NCBI GenBank assembly: GCA_963825865.1
Contig: CAWGVG010000003.1
Span: 64,001-128,000, forward strand
Direction: 5' to 3'
DNA: 64,000 nucleotides
Source of the DNA: an uncultured Nitrososphaeraceae archaeon
GTDB lineage: Archaea; Thermoproteota; Nitrososphaeria; Nitrososphaerales; Nitrososphaeraceae
The notes beneath the pieces were generated by a model. It had not been told where the DNA came from, did no database searches, and saw nothing but the letters and a program-made list of their open reading frames with translations. This document shows positions 1 to 12,710 of the stretch, piece after piece. The stretch's first letter is position 1, and every line of letters starts with the position of its first letter. The position numbers and the translations under genes are program-made.

Positions 1-57
1 CTATCTTCAACTAGAATTTACTATTGCATTTTTAATTAAAAAATAGGATCGATTATA

Positions 58-378
58 TTGTCTTCATCCCCATCTCCTGACAAAAAAGGGTTAAACGATA
101 ACAAAAAAATTAGAGCACACCTGTTCGTACGAGGAAAAGTACAAGGTGTGTATTTTAGACAGAATACAATGATGGTGGCTGCCCGATATGGAGTTACAGG
201 CTGGGTACGAAATCTAAAAGATGGACGGGTCGAAGTGATAGTAGAAGGAAGTGAAATGGATGTTGGCAATGTAATTGAATGGTGTCATGTAGGCCCAGCA
301 GAGGCTACTGTTAATGATGTTGCTATAAGATATGAAAATTATACGGGCGAATTTCAAGAATTTAAAGTCAGTTATTGA
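58..378 (+). CDS. acyP: Acylphosphatase
   Basis: Signature V-R-G-K-V-Q-G-V-Y-F-R and GWVRN-x2-DGRVE; typical length. Confidence 0.92.
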   Translation: MSSSPSPDKKGLNDNKKIRAHLFVRGKVQGVYFRQNTMMVAARYGVTGWVRNLKDGRVEVIVEGSEMDVGNVIEWCHVGPAEATVNDVAIRYENYTGEFQEFKVSY

Positions 379-628
379 TTATTCAGATATGCCTCCAATA
401 TTTGCTTTTTTTGATACTTTTGCCTAGTATAGAGTAAATGTAAAAGACTGCCTATTGCTATTGTATGATTGTATTGACATTATTAAATAATCGTTTGCTG
501 GTTCATATCAGGAAAGGTTCTGAATGTCAAGGTTTTTCATGGTTGTCTTTTATATGGTTGTACTTTAGATTATTCTTCAAAAATGCACTGCTAGCCATAT
601 TAGCATCTTTAAAGACATAGTAATAGGA

Positions 629-1180
629 TTAGAGTATTTTTTCTGCTTCGCTTAACGAATTTACTCTAACTGACCAATCAAAGCTTTTGTTCCATGGTTG
701 GTTGAACAATATCCCCGATTTTGGAGAAACTATATCTACTAAATTCTTTGGGGCATCGTCAATCAATATATCAAATGGATAATCTGCTTTAGAAGTAGCA
801 TCATATATGAACATTAAGTCGTCAGAATATACATTATAAAGATCAAGCCATTTTGCAACATATGCTACAGTCGCTCTCTCTCTTTTTGTTAATATAGAAA
901 TTCTGTAACCTTTATAGTGGATCCGCCTTGCAATCTCACCTATCTGTGGTTCCGTTGGGGGAATTTCCCGCCACCGATATTTCCAGGCATAGCTGAATAT
1001 TCTATAAACCTCGTTTACAGAAATAGGAAGGACTTGGGGAATATCCCATACAGTAATTTCATTTTTGGTTATTTTTGAATGCTTGCGTTTGTTATATTCG
1101 TTTGTCCACACTAGCATGACGTCTGCAAGGACTGAATCCACATCAATTGCAACAGTTTTACTTGCTCCAACACCAGACAT
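629..1180 (-). CDS. HAD-superfamily 5'(3')-deoxyribonucleotidase-like phosphatase
   Basis: HAD motif I DVDSVLAD and motif IV LIDDAP, C-terminal ILFNQPWN typical of NT5C-like proteins. Confidence 0.72.
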   Translation of the reverse strand: MSGVGASKTVAIDVDSVLADVMLVWTNEYNKRKHSKITKNEITVWDIPQVLPISVNEVYRIFSYAWKYRWREIPPTEPQIGEIARRIHYKGYRISILTKRERATVAYVAKWLDLYNVYSDDLMFIYDATSKADYPFDILIDDAPKNLVDIVSPKSGILFNQPWNKSFDWSVRVNSLSEAEKIL

Positions 1181-1401
1181 AAATTATATATCAATAGTTC
1201 ACTGAAAAAATGATAAGTTTATCTTTCAAAGGAATATGGATGAGACTTTAGACTACATCTTCGTTTGTAAGCCTATCTTTAATCCAAAAAATAGATGACT
1301 GATTATTGATTATAATTCAGCTAGAAAGAAAAAAATATGATTAAAAAAATGAAGTAGGTCGATCGTCGAATTTATCACAAACGACTGTTCTTATTGGGTT
1401 A

Positions 1402-1637
1402 TTATCCGCCTGGGCTGCTCGTGTTGCCGCCTGCGCTGCTCATGTTGCCCGCCTGCGCTGCTCATGTTGCCGCCTGCGCTGCTCGATGTTGCCGCCTGCG
1501 CTGCTCATGTTGCCGCCTGCGCTGCTCATGTTGCCGCCTTGTGCAGCAGCCAGATTAGTTGCTGCTATCATATAAAGTGCTAGCACTGTTGCCAGTAAAC
1601 CGACACCAATGACCGCAAAGTTTAGACTTTTGTTCAT
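1402..1637 (-). CDS. Small secreted protein made of GNMSSAG heptad repeats (indels in the repeat tract)
   Basis: Signal peptide ending AAAQ followed by (GGNMSSA)n; removing two 1-bp insertions gives ...NTSSPGG-stop at 1402. Confidence 0.55.
1414..1538. repeat. 21-bp GC-rich coding tandem repeat, ~6 copies (gctgctcatgttgccgcctgc)
   Basis: Copies start at 1414, 1435, 1457, 1478, 1500 and 1521; no unique spacers. Confidence 0.92.
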
Positions 1638-2124
1638 CGGAACCAGGTTGAATGCATTTTATATAAATGTTTTGTAGAATTTATGTATAGTTGCAAGCCA
1701 GAATATAATGTTCTAGGTGAGTACAATGAGTAAATCGAAGGCCACAAAGAACTAAAATACTTGTTGCTTATTTAAATAACGTATAAAATATAATAGTCAA
1801 AAATGGAATAATTGATCGATGATCTGGTGGGGAGCGTTTATTTATTTACTAGCATCCAACACAAAACAACAGAGCCTATACTTAGAGTAATTATATAATA
1901 AGATAACTTACCTCAAGGACCTCATTTAATTTAGTTATATTTTACAGCGTCAGTGGGACTTTAGTAGAACAACACGCACCCATACGAGTAGATATTTACA
2001 TTTGATAAAACACAGACAAAGTCACATTTAAAATATATTATAATGATCATCAGTACAAATAATGATTCTATGTAAATAGCGGGTCATCTTGGGTTTTTCT
2101 GACTAAAGGAGCAATTGTGATACA

Positions 2125-4863
2125 ATGCATACCAGAATGATATTAACGACTACCTCAATTTTATTATTAATTATTGGACTTGTTGAAAATACAACACTGC
2201 TTGCCGCTGCCGAATCATTGGATCCATATCGGCTGAATATAAAGTCGACTGCAAGAGATCCTTCGATAAAAGAGATACATACCGAACTTACTCCAACTGA
2301 CGACAGTACCAGTGCTATAAAAACGAGTACTGTAGGGCCTGTTCATAAAATGCGGCTCAAACAATCAGATGCCCCTCCAATACTCACTCCAGAAAAGAAA
2401 TATCAATTAGAAGAAGAGGTAAAGGACGATATTCCACGTGGCCCACCACTAAAATTATCAAATGATTCTATTCAGGGCCCGAATCCTGGATCCGATGTAC
2501 AAGGGATATCAATTCCAAACCAGAGTATCATCCAATCCAATAATAACAATAATGATTTTAATAGTCGAGCCGGTCCAAGTATTCAACAAACTAATATTAT
2601 AAGTAACAAATGCCAAAGCTTGACACTAAATGCTGTCACATCTAACGGTGATGGTGGTAGCCATATGCCTGTAAATGCTATAGACCATAATGTTAGTACT
2701 ACATGGTCAAATTCTGGTTCTGGTTCGTGGATACAGGCTGATTTAGGCGAGATGAAAGTTGTTTGCAGCGTAGATATTATTTGGTATAGGGGTAATCTAA
2801 GACAAAATAACTTTGTAATATCTGCTTCAACTGATGGCTCTACCTTTAGAACTGTCTACATAGGGAAAAGTAGCGGAAAAACACTATCTGCTGAAAGATA
2901 TGACTTTCCAGAAATTGTTCCTAGATATATAAGAATAACAGTCAATGGAAATACAGAAAACAACTATACAAGCATAACAGAAATTAATGTTAATGGGTAT
3001 AATGGCTTTACAACAACAACACCCCAATTGCGATCTACTTCACTTTCACATTTGCCACTTCAAGTTTCTATTAATCGCATAGTTTCCCCAGCATCCTCTT
3101 CTCGTTCTATAGTAAATGAACCAAGCGTGGCCAATAATGGCAAGCTAGTATTTTACACAGGCAATTGGTATGCCAGTCGGTCTGTTGATGGAGGTTTAAC
3201 TTGGACATATATAGATCCGACTAATGATATGAATGACTTTTGTTGTGATCAAGATGTTATCTATGATCCACATCATCAAATATTCATATGGTATAGGCAG
3301 GGGATAGAAACAGCAAATGGACAAAATCGCTTCAGATTGGGTGTTTCTGCTGATGCATTGAACTGGTGGTTTTACAATATATCACCAAAGGACTTCAACA
3401 GCCAATGGACAAATCAATCTTGGGATTATCCTCAACTTGCACTTAGCAATAAATACCTGTATATCTCTTCGAATGTCTTTAAACCAGACGGTAGCTTTCT
3501 TCGGACTGTAATTTCTCGTTGGTCTCTTGATGACTTGGGAAATGCGAGCAACTAATGTCTCGTTCAATTACTACGATGATGAAACAGTATTCACTTTTAC
3601 TCCTGTTCAAGGAGTGACAGATACAATGGTACTGGGCAGCCCACCTTTCAAATAGCCGCATGAGAATATATGAATGGCCTGAAATTCTCTCAAGTAATAA
3701 TGCAAGTGTTAGAGCTTTTGATCGTGATATTCCTGCTTGGACTACTGATTCAAGGGGTGCAATGTCCTGTAATAATGGTCCGGATGGTAAAGACTGGTGT
3801 GGACGTGCAGACACAAGAATATTGAATGGCTGGATCTCAAAAGATACTATTGGTTTCATCTGGATTGCAGATAAGGGAAATGGTTTTCCTTGGCCATATC
3901 TGAATGCTGCAGACTTTAAAATAAGTGATGGTGCTATGACATATTTTGGAAGACCTTATCTCTGGAGTTCAGATAAAGCATGGATGTATGGTTTTGTTTC
4001 GCCTAATGTGCAAGGAGATTTAGCGTATAGTGGCTTCTGTCGGAGGCAGAGATTTGTATCCAAGCGTGGCAGTAGGGACAAATGACAACTCCAATGGATC
4101 TCACTCACCATGGGATATGAAAATACTGATAAATGGAACAAACGGGCCTTCAGACAATAGGTGGGGAGATTATTTTAGGATAAGGCCATTTAGCGGTTCA
4201 GGTCTCACATGGGCAGCTTCTGGATATACTCTCCAAGGAGGTAGCAGAGGAGATTCCGTAGAACCTCGCTACCTTGTATTTGGCCGCCAGAATGAGGTTA
4301 CAAGTCTAGATTCACCTCTGGAAAAAAACGCCATAAAAATTAGCCCGACTTCTAATGAAGACATGAATCAAAATGGAACAGCAACAGATCGGACCGGAAA
4401 AAATAGCATAGATGTACAAAACAAAACAATGATAACATTTGATGCAACTGTTACAGCTAACTTGACAAATCCAGACACCAATGCAAATAGTGTCTTTGGA
4501 AATAACAATCAATCATTTAAATCGCAATCTCAATCAAACTCAAGATCAGGTAGTCTAGAAGGCAGAGCATATTTCAAGGGATTGCCTTGCAATCCTAAGA
4601 CCAATATCAAAGTTCCACCATGTGATGGCCTATACCCAAATTATGAAATTGTCATATATACTACTGATGGTAAATCCATAGTATCTAAAACTAAAACTGA
4701 TAAGAATGGGAATTATACCATGCTATTAACTCCAGGGAATTATGTCATATATACCAAAGCAGGTATATCTTCATCGGGTCTGAATACAAGGACTAATAAT
4801 TTTATGGTGGAAGTTGGTAAAACGACTAAACTGATTTTACTCATTGATACCGGTATAAGATAA
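2125..4863 (+). CDS. Large secreted multidomain protein: signal peptide, Pro-rich pro-region, discoidin (F5/8 type C) domain, propeller-like domain, C-terminal carboxypeptidase-regulatory-like beta-sandwich; split by frameshifts
   Basis: Three consecutive ORFs (2125-3555, 3660-4085, 4030-4863); discoidin motifs NAID..W..GSWIQADLG and RYIRITV; Asp-box SVDGGLTW; RWGDY motif; KTDKNGNYTMLLTPGNY. Confidence 0.7.
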
Positions 4864-5356
4864 GAATATTGGTTGTAGTAAAATCTATTTACAATGTCAA
4901 ATCATTTAGCTGAAGAAAAAACCTATCTTCATGGTCCATCACTGACATCATCAAATCAACACCTATTCAAGACCCCTCACCGACAACTAAAAACATAATT
5001 AACAAAAGGTAGCCGTATTAGGATAGGCAAATACATCACAAGAACATCAGTGTGTGCGCCGACGAGAATGACTTTTGTTCGTATGATGGAAAACAATCCC
5101 GTTTTTAAATGAGGTTTTTTATGCTCATCGCCTCTGTACATTTATTGAACCAGATATATTATTAAGAATGCAAATCGGAGTGGTCAACTAGGCGTAATCT
5201 ATACCGTATATAGTGAGTGGTAATTTGGCCAAGCAGACTAAGAATAAGAGAGCAGTTCCTACCGTACAGATGCACTCTGTCAATCTATCTTTGTACTGGA
5301 GTTAGGGCAGCATATGATAAAATATAATAATTTGTACTCTATCTCATCTTGATGAA

Positions 5357-6147
5357 TTGAGCAAAAGTAAAGGCAAGTTATACGTTGTAGGTGTTGGTCC
5401 TGGCCATCATGACCATATGACCTATAGAGCAAAACAGGCGATTGAAGAGAGTGAAATTATTATTGGTTATGACACATATGTCTCCCTAGTTGAAGATTTG
5501 ATAGCTGGTAAAGAAGTTTATCGTTATGCCATGACACAGGAGGTCGAGAGAGCAAACCAGGCGATCCATTTTGCTGAAAAAAACAAGATTGTATCGCTAG
5601 TTTCTTCAGGGGATCCCGGTATTTATGGCATGATTGGTTTAATTTATGAAATCCTTGCTGACAAAGGATGGGACAGAGAAGATGGGATATATATTGAATG
5701 CATTCCTGGAATTTCTTCATTGAACTCATGTGCTGCTTTGGTTGGCTCTCCATTAATGACTGACTTTGCCGTAGTTAGCATGAGCGATCTGCTCGTTCCA
5801 TGGGAAATAATTGTGAAACGAGTTGAGGCAGGCAGCATTAGGCGATTATGTTACTGTAATTTACAATCCTGCAAGTAAGAAACGAGTACATCAATTGAGG
5901 GACACCAGAGACATTTTTCTGAAGTATAGAAAACCAGAATCTCCAGTGGCAATAGTAAAGGGTGCATATAGAGAGAGCCAAGTCTATAGTTATGACTACA
6001 CTAGATAAAATGCTCGAACACCAAGACATGCTTGGAATGATTACAACAATAATTATTGGCAACTCATCTACTTTCAACTACAATGGTATGATGATAAACC
6101 CAAGGGGATATAGGTCGAAATATGAATTAGTCAAGGAAGTTATATAA
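5357..6147 (+). CDS. cbiH: Precorrin-3B C17-methyltransferase (cobalamin synthesis), frameshifted
   Basis: KLYVVGVGPG, VSSGDPGIYG, SMSDLLVPW, IYNPASKKR, IIIGNSST and INPRGY motifs across three frames. Confidence 0.9.
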
Positions 6148-6307
6148 CTCAGCAACTACAACCTTGATTGCTATATTTTTTAATGAACGTATAAAGGATC
6201 TTGTCTAACGGGTTATATTTATGGCAGTATTCATAGTGGTAATATAGTGCCGGTGTTTTTTAATTATTTACTAATCTTTCGAATTAATAACTACATTAGA
6301 TTTAACC

Positions 6308-7649
6308 TTAAGAAAGGTTAGTGTTGACTCCGATTTGTTTTGGATTTGTAGTATAAATGAACTTCCCAATAATATCAAGCAACTTTCTGGCTATATCTTT
6401 TTTATTTTGCAATGGTAAATGAATGACTTTTTTTTGTCTATCTATTATAAACACTTCATTATTATCCGAACCAGCTTCAGACCCTTTTCTGCCAATATCA
6501 TTGGCAACTACTAAATTACCGTTACATTCCTTTAATTTCCGATATGCCTTTTCTATCATGTACGAGTTCGAAACACTGTGCTCTGCCTTGAATGCAACTA
6601 GGAATATATCATTTTTGCTGGCATGTTTGACCTGATCTATAATCTTTTTCGTAGGTGATAGTGACAACAATAATTTTCCTGCTCTAGTATCCATTTTTTT
6701 TGTGAATTTTTTTCCTGCAGGTGTGAAATCAGTTACTGCTCGCAGCAAAAATAGCAATGTCATATCTTTTTGAATATAGTTCTGCTATGACTGCGTCATA
6801 CATTTGCTCATTCGTGTTTACTTTAATAACATTGAGGTCTAATGAGTCTAAATGGGGATATGATCCATGTCCACATACAATTGTAACATTTGCACCCATC
6901 TTCTTTGCTTCGTTGGCAATTGCGCTTCCCATTTTACCTGAGCTTAAGTTGGTAATTATGCGGATTGGATCTATATGCTCAATTGTGCTACCTGCGGTAA
7001 CTAATATATTCTTACCAGAAAGTGAAAAGACAGTTCTTGTGGGATTATTGAATTTATTTATAACTGATATAAGAACTTGTTCTATTGGCGCAACTTTGGC
7101 CTTTCCTTCACAGACCGAAGGCTCCAAAAATTCTACACCTTGGTCTTTCAATCTAGAAATATTTTTTTTGATAAAATAATTGTCATACATTGACTCATGC
7201 ATAGCAGGCGCAACCATTATTGGGATTTTTGATCCAAGAGCAACACTTAAAACAGATGTAACAGGTGTGTCGTCAATTCCATTAGCCATTTTTCCTATTG
7301 TATTGGCGGTGCATGGGTAAACAAGAATTAGAGATGACATATTATAATCAGCCAGAACGATGTGTTCAAGATCTCCTGTCAACTTTGTTACAACATCATT
7401 ACCTGTAGCCCATTTCATCATGTCTGACGTAATAAATGCGGATTCTACCCTTTCTGACATTACTGAATAAACATCAGCACCATGCCGCATAAGCAGACGG
7501 GCTAAATCGATTGCTCTATATGCAGCTATGCTACCAGTTATGCACAAAACTATTTTTTTCCCTGTTATCTCGTTACCTTCTAAACCTGTAATATCTTTTG
7601 ATGGATGGTTTGTAGTGCTGCTACTATCTTTTCTTTTCTTTGTATCCAT
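6308..7649 (-). CDS. coaBC: Bifunctional phosphopantothenoylcysteine decarboxylase/synthetase, frameshifted near 6740
   Basis: CITGSIAAY, PCTANTIGK, PAMHESM, VTAGSTIEHIDPIR, SSGKMG, AFKAE and VVANDI motifs. Confidence 0.93.
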
Positions 7650-8535
7650 TTTTATTACACACTTTTTTTTCTTTTAGAGCCTTACTCAATTCATGGAGTT
7701 GATCTGGATCCATATGAAAGATGTTTTGTTCTTCTGGAAATCTACTAGACTTGACATCATTAGTGTATCGTAAAATAGCTTCGAAAATTAAGTTAGAAAC
7801 ATCTGCGTAGCGTTTTACAAATTTCGGTTTAATGTCTTCATAAATTCCGAGCATATCATGAAGGACAAGTACCTGACCATCACAACCGCAGCCAGAACCT
7901 ATTCCAATAGTTGGGATAGATAGATTTTTAGAAATGATCTCTGCTACTTCACTTGTAACCATCTCTAATACAATACTAAATACCCCAGCTCTTTCTAATG
8001 CTTTAGCAGCTGCAATTAGGTTCAATGCTAAATCCTTTGTCTTCCCTTGTAATCTATAGCCCTCCCACAAGACAGAAGTTTGAGGTTTTAAACCGATATG
8101 CCCCATAACTGGTACCCCTGCATTAACTATCCCTTTAACTGTGTCAACTACTTCAAACCCACCTTCAAGCTTTACGGCGTCAGATCCCACTTTGATAAAT
8201 CGAATAGCATTTTCTATTGCATCACTGATATTATGCTGGTATGATCCAAAGGGCATATCAGCTATGATCATTGCTCTCTTTGTCCCTCGAGATACACCTT
8301 TGCAAAATAATAGCATTTCTTCCATGCTCACTGGGATTGTATTTGGATAACCAAGCATTATCATTCCTGCGCTGTCCCCAACGAGTACAATGTCGATACT
8401 TGCTTTATCACAGATCGATGCGGTAGAATAGTCGTAGGCAGTAAGCGCAGAAATTTTCTCTTTTCGCTTCATTGCCATAATATCGTTTACGCTTAACTTT
8501 TTTCTTCTTTTGCTATTATTATCTTCTCCTTGCAT
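7624..8535 (-). CDS. panB: 3-methyl-2-oxobutanoate hydroxymethyltransferase
   Basis: LTAYDY, LVGDS, ADMPFGSY, VKLEGG, GHIGLKPQ and DGQVLV motifs. Confidence 0.96.
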   Translation of the reverse strand: MQGEDNNSKRRKKLSVNDIMAMKRKEKISALTAYDYSTASICDKASIDIVLVGDSAGMIMLGYPNTIPVSMEEMLLFCKGVSRGTKRAMIIADMPFGSYQHNISDAIENAIRFIKVGSDAVKLEGGFEVVDTVKGIVNAGVPVMGHIGLKPQTSVLWEGYRLQGKTKDLALNLIAAAKALERAGVFSIVLEMVTSEVAEIISKNLSIPTIGIGSGCGCDGQVLVLHDMLGIYEDIKPKFVKRYADVSNLIFEAILRYTNDVKSSRFPEEQNIFHMDPDQLHELSKALKEKKVCNKNGYKEKKR

Positions 8536-8556
8536 CTAATCTATGTCGCCACCAAC

Positions 8557-9299
8557 TTAACGTTGAATAATTTTGAGAGACTCTGCAAGATTCAATTTGT
8601 TATCAAATTCTTTTATAACCCTCTTCATTATTGATTCATTTGTCCCTTTCATATTATTTGCAGCACTAATCATTTCAGGAATGGCCCTGACAATATTATC
8701 AACAATTGTAATATGTGCTCGCTTTTGCCGTCCTCGATAATGGATTAAGATCAATTGTGATAACTGTTTTACCCATGTTTACAAGAGCTTCTGTCCGGTC
8801 ACCATCTTCCAGTGGCACAAGCAATGTATCGGCTTTATAGATACCATCAGGATCTACCCGTCTCCGCTCACTTTGTAATTCAGGAATTCTCGCAGAAGCC
8901 CGCGAGCCTATTCCAAGAACTTTTTTTAAGCCATTCTTTTTGAGCTCCTCTTGAATTACTCGTTCCCGCTCCGGAGTTCGGTAAAAGAGATTGATTTCTA
9001 TTGCTCCACCTGTAACATCACTTAACTCTACAATTTCTTTTGCACAAAGTGCTCCAACATTACCATTAATTGAAATTACTGGATATTTTGCAAGTAAAAG
9101 TGCATAACAAGCAGACCTTTATTGCTAGGCGCGCAACTTTGGTGGTCTGCTCACCCAAAAGATAATCAAAAGCTTCTCCTCTTCCATGAGCAATCAAACC
9201 CTCAGGAGCTACTAGCCCATTTCTAAAGCCATTGACAAGCAATTCTCTTGTGTAAAGAGATTTTGCCCGTGGATGGTTTGATGGAATATTCATATGCAT
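8557..9299 (-). CDS. Archaeal phosphopantothenate synthetase (4-phosphopantoate--beta-alanine ligase), frameshifted
   Basis: [34 protein letters not shown] (alternative frame ~8790-8820) and [10 protein letters not shown]; lies within the CoA cluster. Confidence 0.88.
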
Positions 9300-9316
9300 G
9301 TATATTATTATTGTTA

Positions 9317-10225
9317 TTACAGTGCTCTTGCTCCCTCATTGTCAATATTGCATACAATCAAAGTACCACCAAAACCCTTAAGACACTCTTTTGCTTCCTT
9401 TGTTTGTTTGCTGGGAACCAGCGTGAATACTGTCTCTCCAAATAAAGCTACCCCACAATCAAAACCTCGAGATTTTAGACTTTGAATCGGAGATTTGCAC
9501 TTGCCTTCAGTCAAGCCAAGATTGTATGAAAACTCATATGACATCTTTAAAAAGTCATTAATCTCTCTTGTTATTTTTAACCTCCTTAACATCTTTTCGA
9601 CAGGCCCATCTACCAAGTCAATATGGCTATTAAGGTATGATTTTGTAGAGATTGGAGAGATGCACAAAATGATCGCTCATAGTCTCTAAGGTCTATTTTT
9701 TCTAAAGTGCCAATGCCCGGAGCACCGATACTAGTTCGCATTTCAAATCCTCCTACAGATTCTGCAATTACAGTGCCTAGGCCTGTCTTGCAAGCAATGT
9801 CTCCGTGATGTGCAATTTGTGCTGTCTGATTTCTGCCGAGACCTATATTAAGAGCATCATTAAGTGCGTAAGATAAACTCAGAAGCTGCCGCTCCGCTAG
9901 AACCAAGTCCAAAACCAATGGGAATACTAATTCTGTGTTTAATATTGACATAACATGGTCGATTAATAAGATTAAGATACTCTTCTGTAATCCACTTTGA
10001 CACTTCTGCATCTTCAGCTCTGATTCCATTAATTGAAATCTGGTAATTTGTTGTTGTAGAGTCATAGACTTCAACGGTAGTTGAGATCCCACGGTCAATT
10101 GAAAAACCAGCACCCTTGGATCCAAGATATAGATAATTGCTACTACTAATAGTAGCGGGTTTCTGTACAAAAACCCGTAATATGACCTGGACTGAACGCA
10201 TTAGATACAGCAATGGGTATCGCAA
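9317..10225 (-). CDS. Pantoate kinase (GHMP family), frameshifted
   Basis: GSKGAGF, GHMP motif [20 protein letters not shown] and GAPGIG; adjacent to PPS and panB. Confidence 0.85.
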
Positions 10226-10302
10226 CCATTGATGCCATATTAGGTTTATAGATATTAAAAAATATAAAAATAGCGTTTAATTAGTATAAATCAGTATAAA
10301 CA

Positions 10303-11314
10303 TTGTCTATGGACAGATACGCTAGAAGGCTGCAAAAAATAGGTAGCAGTATACTAATTTCTTTACCAAGTGAATGGGTCAAGAGCAACAATTTGAAAAA
10401 AGGGAATATGCTATTAATTGAAGTAAATAGAGATAATTCAATTTCTTTGTTTCCTTCGGATGTAGGTAGTGAAGATGTAAAAGAAGTAACAATCCCTTAT
10501 CCTAGGATATCAATGGATAGTCTTGTTAATCAAATATATGGTGCTTATCTTCTTGGCTATAATATTATACGTATAAGAGGCAAATTGCAGATATCTTTTG
10601 ATGATCGGGAGCTTATTAAGCATGCAATGCGAAAGCTTGTCGGCTTAGAAATAGTTGATGAAGACGGATATAACATCATCTCACAATTCTTGCTTGACGC
10701 AAATGCATTGGACGCTGAGAAGATTCTTAGAAGAATGAGCTCAATAGTAGCAGGAATGTATAGAGATATATTGGATGGATTAAGAATCAAACAAAGTGGT
10801 ATTGAGAAACTTATTGCGAGTAGAGACGATGAAGTAGATCGGCAATACTTTTTACTCGTGAGATTGATAAGAAGTGCCATGATGGATCGGAAACTGGCAA
10901 GCAAACTCAATTTGAGCAATATTGACATCTTGGATTACAGGATTGCTGCCTAATCATCTAGAAAGTGCTGGCGATTACATTGTAGATTTTGCATCTGATA
11001 TTTCTCGTACAAAACTCGTTGATTGCATTACCGAGCCCAGCATAATAATTGAGAAAATGCAGGAAAGATCCGTTGCTGCTTTTACTAACAAGAATAGATC
11101 AGAATCCATTGAAGTTGTGAAAATGTACAATAAATTTAATGAACTTATGAATTCAATAAAGGAATTATCTGCAAAGACAGAATCAAAGAATTCGGAATCA
11201 ACTATCGCAGTTCTTAATTCGATTTATTCAATGGATAAAATTGCAAGATGCTGGGTTGATGTAGCTGATTTAGTAAAACCAGTTTATTTGATAGCTCAAT
11301 TGAGAAGTGTATAA
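10303..11314 (+). CDS. phoU: Phosphate uptake regulator, AbrB plus PhoU domains, frameshifted near 10945
   Basis: N-terminal RRLQKIGSSILISLPSEW (AbrB); PhoU motifs RDDEVDRQYF and LESAGD. Confidence 0.85.
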
Positions 11315-11356
11315 TAGAATTACAGGCTCCAGATTCTATCCTTATTGTAATATCCC

Positions 11357-11390
11357 TGCAGAGATATAGAAGTCGTGCTATATCTCTGCA
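11357..11390. other. Perfect 13-bp inverted repeat (hairpin or operator) between phoU and the next gene
   Basis: TGCAGAGATATAG (11357-11369), 8-nt loop, CTATATCTCTGCA (11378-11390). Confidence 0.8.
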
Positions 11391-11473
11391 AACAGTAAAA
11401 TCCTGTATGCTAGGTTTTCGAAATCGACTTATAATTTTTTTATATATGTCATACTAATTATAAACAGGTTAAA

Positions 11474-11800
11474 ATGGATAATAGACTCAAACCAGTTCTG
11501 AAACGACAACTATTGTTTGTAGGAGCAAGCCTCGGAATCAGTTTAGTATCGACTTATTTCTTCGGCTTTCTAATAGGTTTTACATTAAATATAGCATTAT
11601 TTATAGCGGTAATCTTTTACATCAGAAGAAAGCAAATGAAAGCCTTAGGATTATTTGGTTTTGGGGACGAAAAAGTGGGAGGACCTAGTTTTACTGGAGG
11701 CTACAGAAAATTGAATTATCTTTGTTTATTGTGTGGTACAAAAGTATCGGGTAAAAAATGCGGTAAATGTGGTTCACATATGAAGAAACCAGTGTTCTAA
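11474..11800 (+). CDS. Small membrane protein with C-terminal zinc ribbon
   Basis: Two hydrophobic helices then CLLC...CGKCG. Confidence 0.7.
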   Translation: MDNRLKPVLKRQLLFVGASLGISLVSTYFFGFLIGFTLNIALFIAVIFYIRRKQMKALGLFGFGDEKVGGPSFTGGYRKLNYLCLLCGTKVSGKKCGKCGSHMKKPVF

Positions 11801-12039
11801 AAATCGGTTTATAGTCTGTCGCGTGTGGGTGCAAACAGACGAAGATTGAAGTATAAAAACAACCAAACTTTTAAGCATTTGGATTATTTCAATACGCTAT
11901 AAGAAATAATAGGAATCTAGCAAGAATTTGAAAGTTATTAAACGAAATTGATACTCAATTTTGATCTATTGGAGTCACTTATTGTAGATTAATAAAATAC
12001 AAACTCTTTTTAATTTTATTGTATTGGTAATCCCTACAC

Positions 12040-12300
12040 ATGACAGAATCATCATCAACAACAACAAAGCATGAAACCACTAGACTAGAAAATTCTACCT
12101 TTAATATTCTAATAGCACTTGGAAAAGAAGCCAAATTTTTGTATTCTACTATTGATACCTACACAAGTGATGCTCAAAAGGCTAACAGATTAGACTTGGT
12201 AAATATGTGGAATACAATAAAACAGGATAGACAAAAGCATATGCAGATGTTAAGACAGGCTCTGGAAAAAGAAGCAAAGGAAGAAAAGCTGAGTAAATAA
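12040..12300 (+). CDS. Small ferritin-like helical hypothetical protein
   Basis: YTSDAQK...W..IKQDRQKH pattern; intact ORF with AT-rich upstream region. Confidence 0.65.
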   Translation: MTESSSTTTKHETTRLENSTFNILIALGKEAKFLYSTIDTYTSDAQKANRLDLVNMWNTIKQDRQKHMQMLRQALEKEAKEEKLSK

Positions 12301-12710
12301 TAAATAATATAAACACTCAGCATCATGCAAACAAGAGAATAAAAAGTAAAAATATTCCACTATTTTTGCCTGTTAGTAAAACATATAGAGAATGTACTTC
12401 CAATACCTGTTCTATTTCTGTTCTATACCACATGTTCATATTTTCCTTCGGTGTTCAAGCGTTTCAATCTCTGACCTAACTGTCAGCTGAATCTTTTGAA
12501 AAGTCATTATTGTTTATCATTGCCCTTCTAAGTATCCTTTGTTGAGATTACCCTTTAGAGATAGAAAATTGTCTATAGTCTGTCTTCTTTCTGGACAGCG
12601 CAGTTAGATTTCATGTGAAGAAATCAAGCATTAATTATTGCGATAATCCATATAATATCTTTGTGGATAGTTATTTCTCAAGATTTATTGAATATAAATT
12701 ACTAATGTTG

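Noticed and set aside
1414-1538. Possible CRISPR array
   Set aside because: Units are contiguous with no unique spacers, the length is a multiple of 3 and in frame with a signal peptide, and no cas genes are present.
3382-10928. Numerous antisense or overlapping ORFs in the track (e.g. 3479-3859, 6757-7179, 10557-10928)
   Set aside because: Shadows of well-supported genes on the opposite strand, with no motifs of their own.
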